In this document: positions 7,895-17,359 of the stretch, in pieces
Layout: every line of letters starts with the position of its first letter
Numbering within the stretch: position 1 is the first letter of the stretch
From: a virus
Lineage: Duplodnaviria; Caudoviricetes
Length of the DNA: 53,904 nt
Strand: one strand, 5' to 3'
IMG/VR virus record: IMGVR_UViG_3300034022_000969
Location: 1-53,904 of that record
The notes under the pieces: generated by a model
Told to the model about the DNA's origin: nothing
What the model saw: only the letters and a program-made list of their open reading frames with translations
The model's database searches: none
Position numbers and translations under genes: made by a program

Positions 7895-9278
7895 GCCTCA
7901 CCCAGGTCCGCAGACTGCTTTCCTTGAGACCGAAGCCGACATTGCTTTGTACGGTGGTCAGGCCGGGGGCGGAAAGTCGTGGGCGCTGATTGCCGAGGCA
8001 TCTCGCAATATCGCAGACCCAAATTATGGGGCGGTGATTTTTCGCCGAACTTCTCCGCAGATCACGAACGAGGGGGGGCTTTGGGACGAAAGTTCTAAGC
8101 TGTTCCCGCATCTCGGGGGGTCGCCAAACCAAGCGTCACTTGACTGGCGATTTCGCAGCGGGGCGAACATTGGTTTTCGGCATTTACAGTACGAGACGAG
8201 CAAGTTGGCGTGGGCTGGTGCGCAAATCGCAATGATCGGGTGGGATGAGCTTACGCACTTCACCGAGTCGCAGTTTTGGTTTTTGATGTCGCGTAATCGG
8301 TCGACATGCGGAGTGCCGCCATACGTTCGAGCCACTACGAACCCAGTCCCTGCGGATGATCCGATTGGTGGGTGGGTCAATCTGTTGGTTTCTTGGTGGA
8401 TTGATCAGAAAACAGGGTTTGCGATTCCCGAGCGGTCTGGCGTGCTGCGTTGGTTCATTCGTCGCCAAGGGGAAATAATCTGGGAAGACAATCCGAAGGA
8501 TTTATTCGAAAAGTACCGTATTCAGAACCTGCCAGATAATCACGAGGACCAGCCACGGCCGAAATCGTTTACATTTATTAGCGCGAAACTCAGCGACAAT
8601 CCGACGCTGATTCGGATAAATCCCGGATATCGTGCAAACCTGCTGGCGTTGCCGGAAGTCGAAAAACAACGGTTGGCCGATGGCAATTGGAACGCCAAGC
8701 TGCAGGCCGGACTGTTTTTTAAGGTCGGTCAACTGAAGCCTTGGCCGTCGACGGAACTGCCCGCATCGGGTTGGCGATTCTGCCGAGCGTGGGACCTTGC
8801 CGCGACAGACGGGGCGGGAGACTGGACCGTTGGGGCGAAGATCGGGGCTGGGCCGGATGGGCAGTTCATTATTGCCGACATCGTGCGGGGCCAGTGGGAG
8901 AGCAACTATCGGGACAAGATCATCAAGCAAACGACCGCAGCGGACGGGGTTGGGTGCTCGGTCTGGGTTCCGCAAGACCCTGGTGCCGCTGGGAAATCTG
9001 AGGCGTCGCGAATCGTGGGGATGCTGGCCGGGCACACCGTGAAGAGGGAGACAGAGACCGGCGACAAGGCGACTCGGGCGACGGGGTTTTCCTCGCAGGT
9101 CAACGCGGGGAACGTTTGGATTATGCCTGCGGCGTGGAATCACGGGCTGACGCAACGGATGGATGCATTCCCGACGAAAGGGGTGCCAGACGACGAAATT
9201 GACTCAATGGCACATGCGTTTGTGCAGGTTTCGACTAAGATTGACCTTGGTGCTTGGTTGGAAAAGGGAGCGTTTTGA
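7878..9278 (+). CDS. terL: Terminase large subunit
   Basis: YGGQAGGGKS Walker A, IGWDELTHF Walker B, RATTNP, RAWDLA and DDEIDS nuclease motifs. Confidence 0.95.
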   Translation: MRKLLEPHPGPQTAFLETEADIALYGGQAGGGKSWALIAEASRNIADPNYGAVIFRRTSPQITNEGGLWDESSKLFPHLGGSPNQASLDWRFRSGANIGFRHLQYETSKLAWAGAQIAMIGWDELTHFTESQFWFLMSRNRSTCGVPPYVRATTNPVPADDPIGGWVNLLVSWWIDQKTGFAIPERSGVLRWFIRRQGEIIWEDNPKDLFEKYRIQNLPDNHEDQPRPKSFTFISAKLSDNPTLIRINPGYRANLLALPEVEKQRLADGNWNAKLQAGLFFKVGQLKPWPSTELPASGWRFCRAWDLAATDGAGDWTVGAKIGAGPDGQFIIADIVRGQWESNYRDKIIKQTTAADGVGCSVWVPQDPGAAGKSEASRIVGMLAGHTVKRETETGDKATRATGFSSQVNAGNVWIMPAAWNHGLTQRMDAFPTKGVPDDEIDSMAHAFVQVSTKIDLGAWLEKGAF

Positions 9279-9280
9279 AA

Positions 9281-9940
9281 ATGCCGCACAACGAACAGTC
9301 ACACCTTGTTTCAAAGTTCGAACCATTGGTCACGAGAGACCAATACGGTAAACAATGGTTTCCGACAACTGGCCAGTTTGGACCAGAGACCGCCAATTCA
9401 ATGATGAGACGAATTCGGACGGGGGTGATCAGTCGATACCTGAACGGCGTGGGCTTGGACATTGGGTTTCGTGGCTCGATTCCCGACGCGCTGCCGTTCC
9501 CCGGTGCGATTGGGATCGAGCTTGATTACCCTGGCTACTACGGACGGACGCTGCCGTTTGCGGACGAGTCGCAGGATTTTGTGTACTCGTCCCATTGCCT
9601 CGAACACATTTCGGATGCTGGCAACGCGCTGCGTGACTATCATCGCGTCCTGAAAATTGGCGGTTTCATGCTGATCGCCGTGCCGCATAAGTACCTGTAC
9701 GAAAAGAAGTGGAATCTTCCTTCGAGGTACAATGGGGACCACAAGCGATTTTACACGCCAATGAAACTTATGGCCGAGATCGAGGATGCGTTGCAGCCGA
9801 ACAGCTACCGGCTGCGGCATCTGCAGGACTGCGACGATGGGTTCGATTATTCGATTGGGCCTGACCGGCACTCGTGCGGGGAGTACCAAGTCGAGTGTGT
9901 GATAGAGAAAATCAAGATGCCGAAATGGGGGTTGACATGA
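9281..9940 (+). CDS. Class I SAM-dependent methyltransferase (type 11-like)
   Basis: GLDIGF, LPFADESQDFVYSSHCLEHI, RVLKIGG. Confidence 0.85.
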   Translation: MPHNEQSHLVSKFEPLVTRDQYGKQWFPTTGQFGPETANSMMRRIRTGVISRYLNGVGLDIGFRGSIPDALPFPGAIGIELDYPGYYGRTLPFADESQDFVYSSHCLEHISDAGNALRDYHRVLKIGGFMLIAVPHKYLYEKKWNLPSRYNGDHKRFYTPMKLMAEIEDALQPNSYRLRHLQDCDDGFDYSIGPDRHSCGEYQVECVIEKIKMPKWGLT

Positions 9941-10797
9941 GGGAGATACGTCCGAAAATTGCGGTGATTGGCGACAAGATGGTCGACATTGATATTCACT
10001 GCACTTGCGAACGGATGTCACCAGAGGGGCCGTGGCCGGTGCTAAAAGTGCTTCACCATGAGCATCGTCCTGGCGGAGCTGGGAACGTTGCGGAAATGGT
10101 CAAGGCCTTGGGTTGTGATGTTTTGTTGTTGGGGGATGATGTTCCTCACGAAAAAACTCGGTATTACGTTGACGGAAAATTGACGGGACCGAGAATTGAC
10201 AGAGACTGGAACAGAAAAGCAGATAATTGCGACGTGAGAAAATGGGAGCAGTCCCTCAAGCAATTCAGGCCCGATGCCGTCATCGTCGCGGATCACGGCA
10301 AGGGTGTTGTGACCGATCAGGTGATGCGCATGATTCAAGATTACCCGTTATTCATTGATCCGATTGAGACGACTCCGATTTATGGAAGTTCGGTGAACGC
10401 TCTGGTTGGCAGCAAAAAGGAACTGCCAAAAACGATAGACGGATATTTGAATTCTCGGGATTTCAACGGAATCGTGGTTACGAAACTGGGTGCGTCGGGG
10501 ATGAAATGGAAACAATCTGCGGTCAGAACTGAGAAACACGTTCCGTCGACGGTCACAAACGCCGTGGATCCGCTCGGAGCAGGTGACCAGTTGATCGCGG
10601 GTTTGACCTGGGCTCGTTTGATGGGGAATAATTGGGACATATCAACTGAGTTGGCAAATGTCGCGGCGGGAATGCAATGTCTGCGGCGTGGTTGTGTCCC
10701 TGTCACGTTTGACGAATTGGCGAAAGAAATGTCGCTATCAATCAATCAGAACATCAAGCACTCGGATGAACTTCACGCTTCTGCCGCAGCCTGTTAG
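9937..10797 (+). CDS. PfkB-family kinase, RfaE/HldA-like (heptose-7-phosphate kinase-like)
   Basis: AVIGDKMVD, ERMSPEGPWPV, PGGAGNVA, ADHGKGVV, DPLGAGD, LANVAAG: the pattern of RfaE domain I. Confidence 0.85.
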   Translation: MREIRPKIAVIGDKMVDIDIHCTCERMSPEGPWPVLKVLHHEHRPGGAGNVAEMVKALGCDVLLLGDDVPHEKTRYYVDGKLTGPRIDRDWNRKADNCDVRKWEQSLKQFRPDAVIVADHGKGVVTDQVMRMIQDYPLFIDPIETTPIYGSSVNALVGSKKELPKTIDGYLNSRDFNGIVVTKLGASGMKWKQSAVRTEKHVPSTVTNAVDPLGAGDQLIAGLTWARLMGNNWDISTELANVAAGMQCLRRGCVPVTFDELAKEMSLSINQNIKHSDELHASAAAC

Positions 10798-10818
10798 AGT
10801 GTGAGCGGGCAAGTGATC

Positions 10819-10869
10819 AATTCAACGGCTCGTCGGTCCAGATCGGATCGCCGGGCCGTGTTCGTTTTG
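10819..10869 (+). promoter_or_regulatory. Conserved leader hairpin, copy B
   Basis: AATTCAACGGCTCG...CGGGCCG-TGTTCGTTTT, then RBS. Confidence 0.6.
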
Positions 10870-10881
10870 TGGGGAATCGAC

Positions 10882-11094
10882 GTGTCGCAACAAGCTGAAG
10901 TTGACCGCAAGCAGAAACTCGACGCGATCCTTATGCTGGAGAATCGTGTTGATCTGTTGCAGATGCGGGTTGATGCTCAGGCCGAGATCATTGCGGCGTA
11001 TCGGGACTGTATCGAGACGTTTCAAAACGAGAAACGATTACAGACTTCACTGCACTTGGCCGACTTAAAACAAATGACTTCGCCAAAATCGTGA
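10882..11094 (+). CDS. Small coiled-coil protein
   Basis: GGGGA RBS before GTG; heptad pattern. Confidence 0.6.
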   Translation: MSQQAEVDRKQKLDAILMLENRVDLLQMRVDAQAEIIAAYRDCIETFQNEKRLQTSLHLADLKQMTSPKS

Positions 11095-11107
11095 CCGGAG
11101 CTACGCC

Positions 11108-12604
11108 ATGCCATTACCACCGCGATTCGGCGAGTCGATCAGTCTTAACGCTGGCACGCACACGCAGGGTTTTGACTCGACCGCGCCCGCGAGCCCTGTT
11201 GCCATGTTTATGCAGGCACCTGGCAGTCGCTGGGGATCGGCTCAGGGGATGGCGTCGCTTAACGAGTGTACGAAGCACTACAATTACTGGAACTATGTCG
11301 GGATTCGCCCGATCGCGAACAAGTTTGCCCAGCTGATGCCGAACGTGGGGTATCCGGTGCCGTGCAAGAAGCATCATCAGCGAAGACTGTCACCGCGAGA
11401 TCATCGCTGGATCCGGCAGAGCTATGGGGCGACTGTGTTGCAGCATGACGGAATGGATCTGGAGACGGCTCCCGAGAATCACCCGCTGGTTCAGTTGTTT
11501 CAAGACATCAATCAGCAGGACGTGTGGCAGGAGTTTGCCTACGAGTGGATGATGTACTGGCAACTGTGCGGAAAGTCCTATTTGTGGGTGATTCCGAACG
11601 GGCTTGGGATGCCGTCTGAGGTGTATGTTCTGCCGAGTGACTGGGTCTGGCCGGTGTATTCCGCATCCGGAGAACTACATAAGTATCAAGTGATTCCGGT
11701 TGGGTATTCGGCGATTCGGATCGACCTGCCTCCCGAGGAAATCATTCAATGCAAATTCAAATCACCACGCTCGAAAATCGACGGGTGGGGCCCATTGCAG
11801 GCCGGACCGCTGTGGGTTGATAACGTCGAGGCGATCGAGAAGACTCGGAAAGCCACGTTTGACGGGGGCCCGGATGCCCGATTTATGTTCACCCTGCCAC
11901 AGGAATTCGGCGAGCCTGGCGGAGATGTGATCACGAGGATCAAGGAAAAGTTTCTTGCTCGCACGAACAACCTGCAGCGTGAACCGATGGTTGTGCCGTT
12001 CGGGATTACTGCGGTCAAAATGAGCCAGACACCGCAGGAGATGGATTTTGGAGCTTCCGGAACGATCACTCGTGACAATAATCTGGCACTGGTGGGGACT
12101 CCTGGAATCATTGCGGGTCTGGCTCACGAGTTCACCGAGGCGAACGCAGACGCATCAATGCTGGTGTTTTGCGAGAACACCATGAACCCGCTGTTTTCGC
12201 TCGCTGCGGGGATTCTGACCGAGCATTTGGCCAGCAAATACGACAAGCGACTGCGGGTGTGGTATCCCGATTGTCGGCCAGAGAATGCCGAATTCAAACT
12301 GAGGCAACTGCAGGCGGCGTCGGCCTTTGGTGGTGCGTCGCCGAACGATTGGCGGAAATACATGGGCTTCGAGATCAGCGAAGAATCGGCGTATCAAAGC
12401 GGGTATATGCCAGCCAATCTGGTTCCGCTCGTTTCTCCCGAGGATGCCGAGCCGGACGACGATTTGCCAGAGGATCCGACTGCCGAGGAAGCCGCAGCGG
12501 AAGCCGAAAAAGAGGCCTTGAAATCCGTGGCAGATGACAAAAAAGAGGCCTTGAAATCCGAAGCGGAAGCCAAGGCAGAGGACGCTCCCTCGCCGAAGGA
12601 GTGA
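11108..12604 (+). CDS. Portal protein (HK97-like)
   Basis: HPLVQLF..N, WQLCGKSYLW, EEIIQCK, DGWGPL, QEMDF; acidic C-terminal tail; follows terminase. Confidence 0.92.
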   Translation: MPLPPRFGESISLNAGTHTQGFDSTAPASPVAMFMQAPGSRWGSAQGMASLNECTKHYNYWNYVGIRPIANKFAQLMPNVGYPVPCKKHHQRRLSPRDHRWIRQSYGATVLQHDGMDLETAPENHPLVQLFQDINQQDVWQEFAYEWMMYWQLCGKSYLWVIPNGLGMPSEVYVLPSDWVWPVYSASGELHKYQVIPVGYSAIRIDLPPEEIIQCKFKSPRSKIDGWGPLQAGPLWVDNVEAIEKTRKATFDGGPDARFMFTLPQEFGEPGGDVITRIKEKFLARTNNLQREPMVVPFGITAVKMSQTPQEMDFGASGTITRDNNLALVGTPGIIAGLAHEFTEANADASMLVFCENTMNPLFSLAAGILTEHLASKYDKRLRVWYPDCRPENAEFKLRQLQAASAFGGASPNDWRKYMGFEISEESAYQSGYMPANLVPLVSPEDAEPDDDLPEDPTAEEAAAEAEKEALKSVADDKKEALKSEAEAKAEDAPSPKE

Positions 12605-12643
12605 CGTAATTGCGACGTAATTGCGACGTAATAGTGACGTAAT
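12603..12643. repeat. Four GACGTAAT copies with an exact 11-bp period
   Basis: Copies at 12603, 12614, 12625, 12636. Confidence 0.9.
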
Positions 12644-12660
12644 CATAACGGTGACCGAGC

Positions 12661-13623
12661 ATGTCGAATAAATTCGCAATCTGGCCTGCTGCGGAGACGT
12701 TGGGGACCGTTGGGGCGGAATACGCGGTGGCGACTCAGCAACAGCCACAAATCATGATCTGGAAGCGTCGACAATCGGCAGACAGCGACAAGCGGGAACG
12801 GTTGCACAGCACGTTCCGACGGACTCATGCGAATCTTGAACGGCAGACGGTCGCGGCGCTGCGGCCAGTGTTTGGCGAGATGGCTGATCGGATCACCAAG
12901 CGATTCAACGATGCCGGGACGGTGGCTGTTCACGTTTTGGAGCTGTGGCACCAGGCGGAACTGGCGACTCCATTTAATGCGGCGATGCGTCCGTGTTGGT
13001 GGCGAATGGCGGAGGCGGGAATCCACTTCGAAGCGGATTGGGTCGGGACGGCAAGGCCTCAGTTTTATAGGCCTACGTTTACGCAGCAGGAGCTACCCTC
13101 GATCGACGTGGATCTGTCGGCGTTCCTGCAAAACTCGCTGCGGACGTGGATGAAAAACCGCATGGACGGCGTCTGGGCCGAGGTTTCCAAGACGATGCAT
13201 CTGCGGATTGATCGTTGTCTGCGTCGAGGCCTGCGGGATGGGTTGACGCTGAAAGAGATGGCGAAGGAATTACAGAAGACGCTGAAATCGCTTGAGGAAT
13301 ATCAGGCGGTTCGGATCGCTCGGACGGAAACGACCGGGGGAATGAATACCGGGGGCCAGTTGGAGCGCGTCGACCTTGGGATCGAGTACAAGGAGTGGAT
13401 TAGCACACTCGACAGCCGAACACGAGGTAACAAGGTCAAGGATCGCTTCGACCATATCAGCAGCAACGGCGAAGTCGTCGGCAACAAGGACGTGTTTGTC
13501 GTCAGTGCGCAAAAACTGATGTACCCTGCCGACGGTTCGCAGGGGGCGAGCGCGGGGAACATTTGTAATTGTCGCTGCTGTGCGGTAGGGGCTTGGCCGA
13601 AGTCTCCACTTTCGGTACGATAA
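12661..13623 (+). CDS. Minor head protein (Mu gpF / SPP1 gp7-like)
   Basis: RIARTET, KEWISTLDSRTR, H...G, MYPAD, NICNCRC. Confidence 0.9.
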   Translation: MSNKFAIWPAAETLGTVGAEYAVATQQQPQIMIWKRRQSADSDKRERLHSTFRRTHANLERQTVAALRPVFGEMADRITKRFNDAGTVAVHVLELWHQAELATPFNAAMRPCWWRMAEAGIHFEADWVGTARPQFYRPTFTQQELPSIDVDLSAFLQNSLRTWMKNRMDGVWAEVSKTMHLRIDRCLRRGLRDGLTLKEMAKELQKTLKSLEEYQAVRIARTETTGGMNTGGQLERVDLGIEYKEWISTLDSRTRGNKVKDRFDHISSNGEVVGNKDVFVVSAQKLMYPADGSQGASAGNICNCRCCAVGAWPKSPLSVR

Positions 13624-13656
13624 GCCCCGTGAGATTGCGCACGCGAAGGGCGACGT

Positions 13657-13938
13657 ATGCTGCGACTGTATGACCCGAACGGATTACCGCGACCTGATCT
13701 GGGACGGGTCATTACGTTTGATGCGGAATACCTGCTGAATGCCGATGGGGTTGTCGAATGCGAGTCCGACCCTGCCGAGGCTCTTGAGATCAACCAGATC
13801 TATGCAAAAGAGCGGCTCGACATTTCGAACGAGCATTTGGTCGAAGCGAGGCTGCGGCAGCTGTGTATTGCGATGCGTGGCACGTCGTACGAGGTGTTTA
13901 GCACGAAGCAGAAAGTCACCATGCCCCCCTTGTACTGA
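13657..13938 (+). CDS. Hypothetical protein
   Basis: ORF with RBS in the head module. Confidence 0.6.
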   Translation: MLRLYDPNGLPRPDLGRVITFDAEYLLNADGVVECESDPAEALEINQIYAKERLDISNEHLVEARLRQLCIAMRGTSYEVFSTKQKVTMPPLY

Positions 13939-14009
13939 CTCAGACTGCATTCGCATTGCGGAACCGACCTGAAACGATAAACTATTGACGTGGTTAGGAC
14001 ACACCGTTC

Positions 14010-14050
14010 AGCCCGCCCAAAGTTCGCTTTGTGCGGGCTATTTTCGTTTT
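14010..14050 (+). promoter_or_regulatory. Conserved leader hairpin, copy C
   Basis: AGCCCGC...GCGGGCT-ATTTTCGTTTT; upstream TTGCGG-16-TAAACT. Confidence 0.55.
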
Positions 14051-14063
14051 AAGGGGTCTCAAA

Positions 14064-14297
14064 ATGCCGATTTTCTCCGTCACTCATACGATCCGTGGCA
14101 CCACCCAGGTCAATCGTTGCCGCATTGATGTGACCACCGATCCCGTGGCCGCTGCGGACGAGCTGAAGAGATCGCTGGCGGAAACGTTTTCGGTTCAACC
14201 GAACGAAGTCATGATCGTCAGCATTGATGGTGATGATCCGGAAGCGGCCTTCAAAAAGCCAAAACAAAAGGCTGACAAAGTCCCCGCGTCCGCATGA
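14064..14297 (+). CDS. Hypothetical protein
   Basis: AAGGGG RBS before ATG 14064. Confidence 0.6.
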   Translation: MPIFSVTHTIRGTTQVNRCRIDVTTDPVAAADELKRSLAETFSVQPNEVMIVSIDGDDPEAAFKKPKQKADKVPASA

Positions 14298-14357
14298 TCG
14301 GGTCAACGTCAGAACGAGTCGTGGAAAAATCATCTCAAAGCCGGTGGAATCAAGTGA

Positions 14358-16178
14358 ATGAGTGCAACGTTACTACCTCCGGCGCTGATGAACGGCGTGC
14401 TCGTGTTCGGCCCTACTTCATCTGTGGGGACGGCGGGCCAGGTGCTGAAGGGGGATGGAGCGGGGGGAACCTCGTTCGGTTGGGTCGCGTATTCCGAATT
14501 GACCGGATTGCCGTCTCTGGGGTCGGCAGCATTCCAGAACACGTCGGCCTTTATGCAGCCAAGCAACAATTTGAGCGACTTGATCTCGTCTTCTACGGCC
14601 AGAATCAATCTGGGGCTCGGGACGGCTGCGGTTCAAAACTCGGGAACGTTTTTGCAAACAGCCAACAATCTTTCCGATGTGGTGGCAGCAACTGCGAGGA
14701 CAAACCTTGGTCTCGTTGCTAGTGCCACGACTGATACGACCAATGCCAGCAATATCACCACTGGGACGCTGAATGCAGCGAGGTTGCCAGCGGTCTATGC
14801 TCCGATCGCGTCCCCAGGATTGACCGGAACTCCAACGGCACCAACTGCGACGGTTGGCACAAATACAACACAACTCGCCACAACGGAATTTGTGCAGTCA
14901 GCATTACCTGCGGTGCCCGTGTCAAGCGTGGCTGGCAAGACCGGTGCGGTGACGCTAGTTGAGGCGGATATCTCTGGTCTGGTGAGTAACTTGGCCTTGA
15001 AGGCGGCGTTGGCTTCACCAGCGTTCACGGGGACGCCAACGGCACCAACGGCCACTGCCGGGACGAACACTACGCAGCTGGCCACGACTGCGTTTGTGCA
15101 GGAGGCGTTAGGCGGTGGTTCTAGCGCAGGCTTTCCAACCATATTTTATTTTGGGGATGGCTCGGACGGAGCGGTCACGATTAGCAGCGGCACTACGACA
15201 CTGACCCGCGATATGTTTTATTCCTCATTGACGATTTCGGGTACCGGTCAGCTGAACACGGCGGGGTTTCGCGTTTTCGTGAACGGAATTCTCGATCTTT
15301 CCAGCGCCGGGGCCGGTGCGATTGTGGCCAACGGCGGCAATGGCGGAAATGGATCGGCGACAGGGACGGCGGGGACCACAGCAGTTGCTGGACCGAATGG
15401 ATATACGTTGACAAACACCGCCCAAAATGCTGCCGGCGCTGGAACGACAACGGTGGGGGCCGCTGCTGGAGCGTCAGGCGTGGCGTTACCAGTTCTCGGC
15501 GGTGGTACCGCCGCTGGTGGAACTGGCGGTACCGGGACGAGCGGAAACACGGGAGGCGCTGGGACCGTGGCGGCAACGCCAGCTGGGTTCAACTCGTTTC
15601 GACGATTCACAACGGATTTTCCTCGACCGACAGTCAACTCTGGTTTTGCCATACACCTTGCGACCGTGCGCACGTCAAGCGGGGGTGGTGGTGGAGGTGA
15701 TGGCACCGTTGCTGGTGGAGGCGGTGGGGCGTCTGGAGGCGGCGGCGGCTGTATTTGGATTAGCGCTGCAACAATCGCACGTGGCACAAATTCGACGGCT
15801 GCAATCATCCAATGCAAAGGCGGGAACGGCGGCAACGGCGGATCACCGGCCAGCGGTAACGCATCCGGTGGGGGCGGTGGAGCTGGCGGCCCTGGAGGAT
15901 TCGCCTACATTTGTTTCGGCAGTGTCACCGGATCGAGTATCCCTGCTGCAGTCGACGTGAGTGGCGGACCAGGTGGCGACGGGGGGACAGGTCGCGGCAC
16001 TGCATTGCTGGCTGCCCGTGGCGGGGGATCTGGCGGATCTGGACGATTTACGCTGATCAATTTGACTGCCGGGACCAGTGTCGAGATTGTGCCGATCGCG
16101 GGTACGTCTGGTGGCGTAGGATCGGGTCTGACAGGCGGAGCGGGGGCAGCGGCCACAGTCTCACAGGGGGAACTATGA
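14358..16178 (+). CDS. Fibre-like virion protein with glycine-rich C-terminal domain
   Basis: NNLSD repeats, two ASPxxTGTPTAPTAxxGTNTTQLATTxFVQ repeats, VSSVAGKTGAVTL, poly-Gly C-terminus. Confidence 0.85.
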   Translation: MSATLLPPALMNGVLVFGPTSSVGTAGQVLKGDGAGGTSFGWVAYSELTGLPSLGSAAFQNTSAFMQPSNNLSDLISSSTARINLGLGTAAVQNSGTFLQTANNLSDVVAATARTNLGLVASATTDTTNASNITTGTLNAARLPAVYAPIASPGLTGTPTAPTATVGTNTTQLATTEFVQSALPAVPVSSVAGKTGAVTLVEADISGLVSNLALKAALASPAFTGTPTAPTATAGTNTTQLATTAFVQEALGGGSSAGFPTIFYFGDGSDGAVTISSGTTTLTRDMFYSSLTISGTGQLNTAGFRVFVNGILDLSSAGAGAIVANGGNGGNGSATGTAGTTAVAGPNGYTLTNTAQNAAGAGTTTVGAAAGASGVALPVLGGGTAAGGTGGTGTSGNTGGAGTVAATPAGFNSFRRFTTDFPRPTVNSGFAIHLATVRTSSGGGGGGDGTVAGGGGGASGGGGGCIWISAATIARGTNSTAAIIQCKGGNGGNGGSPASGNASGGGGGAGGPGGFAYICFGSVTGSSIPAAVDVSGGPGGDGGTGRGTALLAARGGGSGGSGRFTLINLTAGTSVEIVPIAGTSGGVGSGLTGGAGAAATVSQGEL

Positions 16179-16570
16179 TTGATCGATTCGGCAGAACGAT
16201 TTCCGTTCTTTCAAATTCGGACGGATCAAAGCTTTACTCGACCGGTGGGATATCACTGAAAAGCTGGTCTGGTGATGCTGTTGCCTTGCAAGCGCTGAAT
16301 GGAATGGCTCCAGACGGGTTCGTGGAACCGGTTTTAGGTATGTTTTTTGCCCCGTATGATTTTTTGTATTTGTTCACGGATTCCGAAAAGACCCAGATAT
16401 TGTCGTCGACGGATGCGATCGTCAAAAACGCAATCGTGGAACTGACAGCAATCATCACCTACGTGGATTTGTGGAACGAGCAGACGATTGGATTTGTTCG
16501 ATACTTGCAATCAATTGGGATTTTGACAGCAACTCGTGCAACCAGCATTTTGGCTGGGGTCAGACCATAA
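16175..16570 (+). CDS. Fibre-associated small protein (assembly chaperone-like)
   Basis: ATGA-coupled; FLYLFTDSEK...GILTATRATSIL. Confidence 0.65.
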   Translation: MIDRFGRTISVLSNSDGSKLYSTGGISLKSWSGDAVALQALNGMAPDGFVEPVLGMFFAPYDFLYLFTDSEKTQILSSTDAIVKNAIVELTAIITYVDLWNEQTIGFVRYLQSIGILTATRATSILAGVRP

Positions 16571-16585
16571 GGCGGAAAGTCAGCA

Positions 16586-17353
16586 ATGCCAGTCAATAAA
16601 ACAATCCGGCTCCGGTACCCGCAGGTGAGCGTCGGCAACCTGACAGTGAACGTGTTGTCGTTGGACGGTGCGACGGCGATTCAAAACGCGGTGGCACTGA
16701 CCGACGCCAATGCCAACGGGACTTACACGGGGACGGTGACGGGAGTGGTCTCGGGGACGTTGGCAACGTATTCCGCGAACGTCTATCGCGGCGGTGTGTT
16801 GATCGGTCCCAATGTCATTGATCTGATCGAGACGGTCGGAGTCTACGAGATTGTCGGCCCTCCATCGGTCCTGCAAATCACCGCAAACATCAGCGGTGGA
16901 GGAGGTGGTACGACGGTGATTCAGAATAACATCACCGTACCGGGACCGGTCGCGACAGCGTCACAAACTCCTATGGCGTTGGCTTGCAATCGCGGCGACA
17001 CGTTTCGACGGCAAGTGTTGGTCACATGCGGGAGCGTCTCGGCCCGAACAAAAGCTTGGTTCACAATCAAACGAAAACTCAGCGATCCAGATTCGGCGGC
17101 AGTCCTGCAGATCGTCGAGGGGACTGGCATCGTCGTGCAGAACGGTGCGACTCCCCCAAATGCGAGCAAGGGGTCGCTGGTGATCGACAACACGACCGGG
17201 TATCCGACGATCTACATTGATGAGTCGGTTACGGCATTGTTTGCAATCGCGAACGGTGCCTGGGACGTGCAAATTCTTTTGAGCGGCGACACGTCAACGC
17301 CGTTGAGCGGGTATTTCAGCGTCACGGCGGACGCAACGCGATCGATTATTTAG
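16586..17353 (+). CDS. Beta-rich structural protein (BppU-like C-terminal half)
   Basis: RGDTF...AWFTIKRK...WDVQI...SGYFSVTADATR. Confidence 0.6.
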   Translation: MPVNKTIRLRYPQVSVGNLTVNVLSLDGATAIQNAVALTDANANGTYTGTVTGVVSGTLATYSANVYRGGVLIGPNVIDLIETVGVYEIVGPPSVLQITANISGGGGGTTVIQNNITVPGPVATASQTPMALACNRGDTFRRQVLVTCGSVSARTKAWFTIKRKLSDPDSAAVLQIVEGTGIVVQNGATPPNASKGSLVIDNTTGYPTIYIDESVTALFAIANGAWDVQILLSGDTSTPLSGYFSVTADATRSII

Positions 17354-17359
17354 GAGCAG

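Noticed and set aside
12508-12560. 20-bp direct repeat AAAAGAGGCCTTGAAATCCG in the portal 3' end
   Set aside because: In-frame duplication (KEALKS) in a low-complexity tail; no sign of a mobile element
14800-15100. Diversity-generating retroelement template/variable repeat pair
   Set aside because: The duplication is a common in-frame fibre motif with mostly synonymous differences; no reverse transcriptase in the genome
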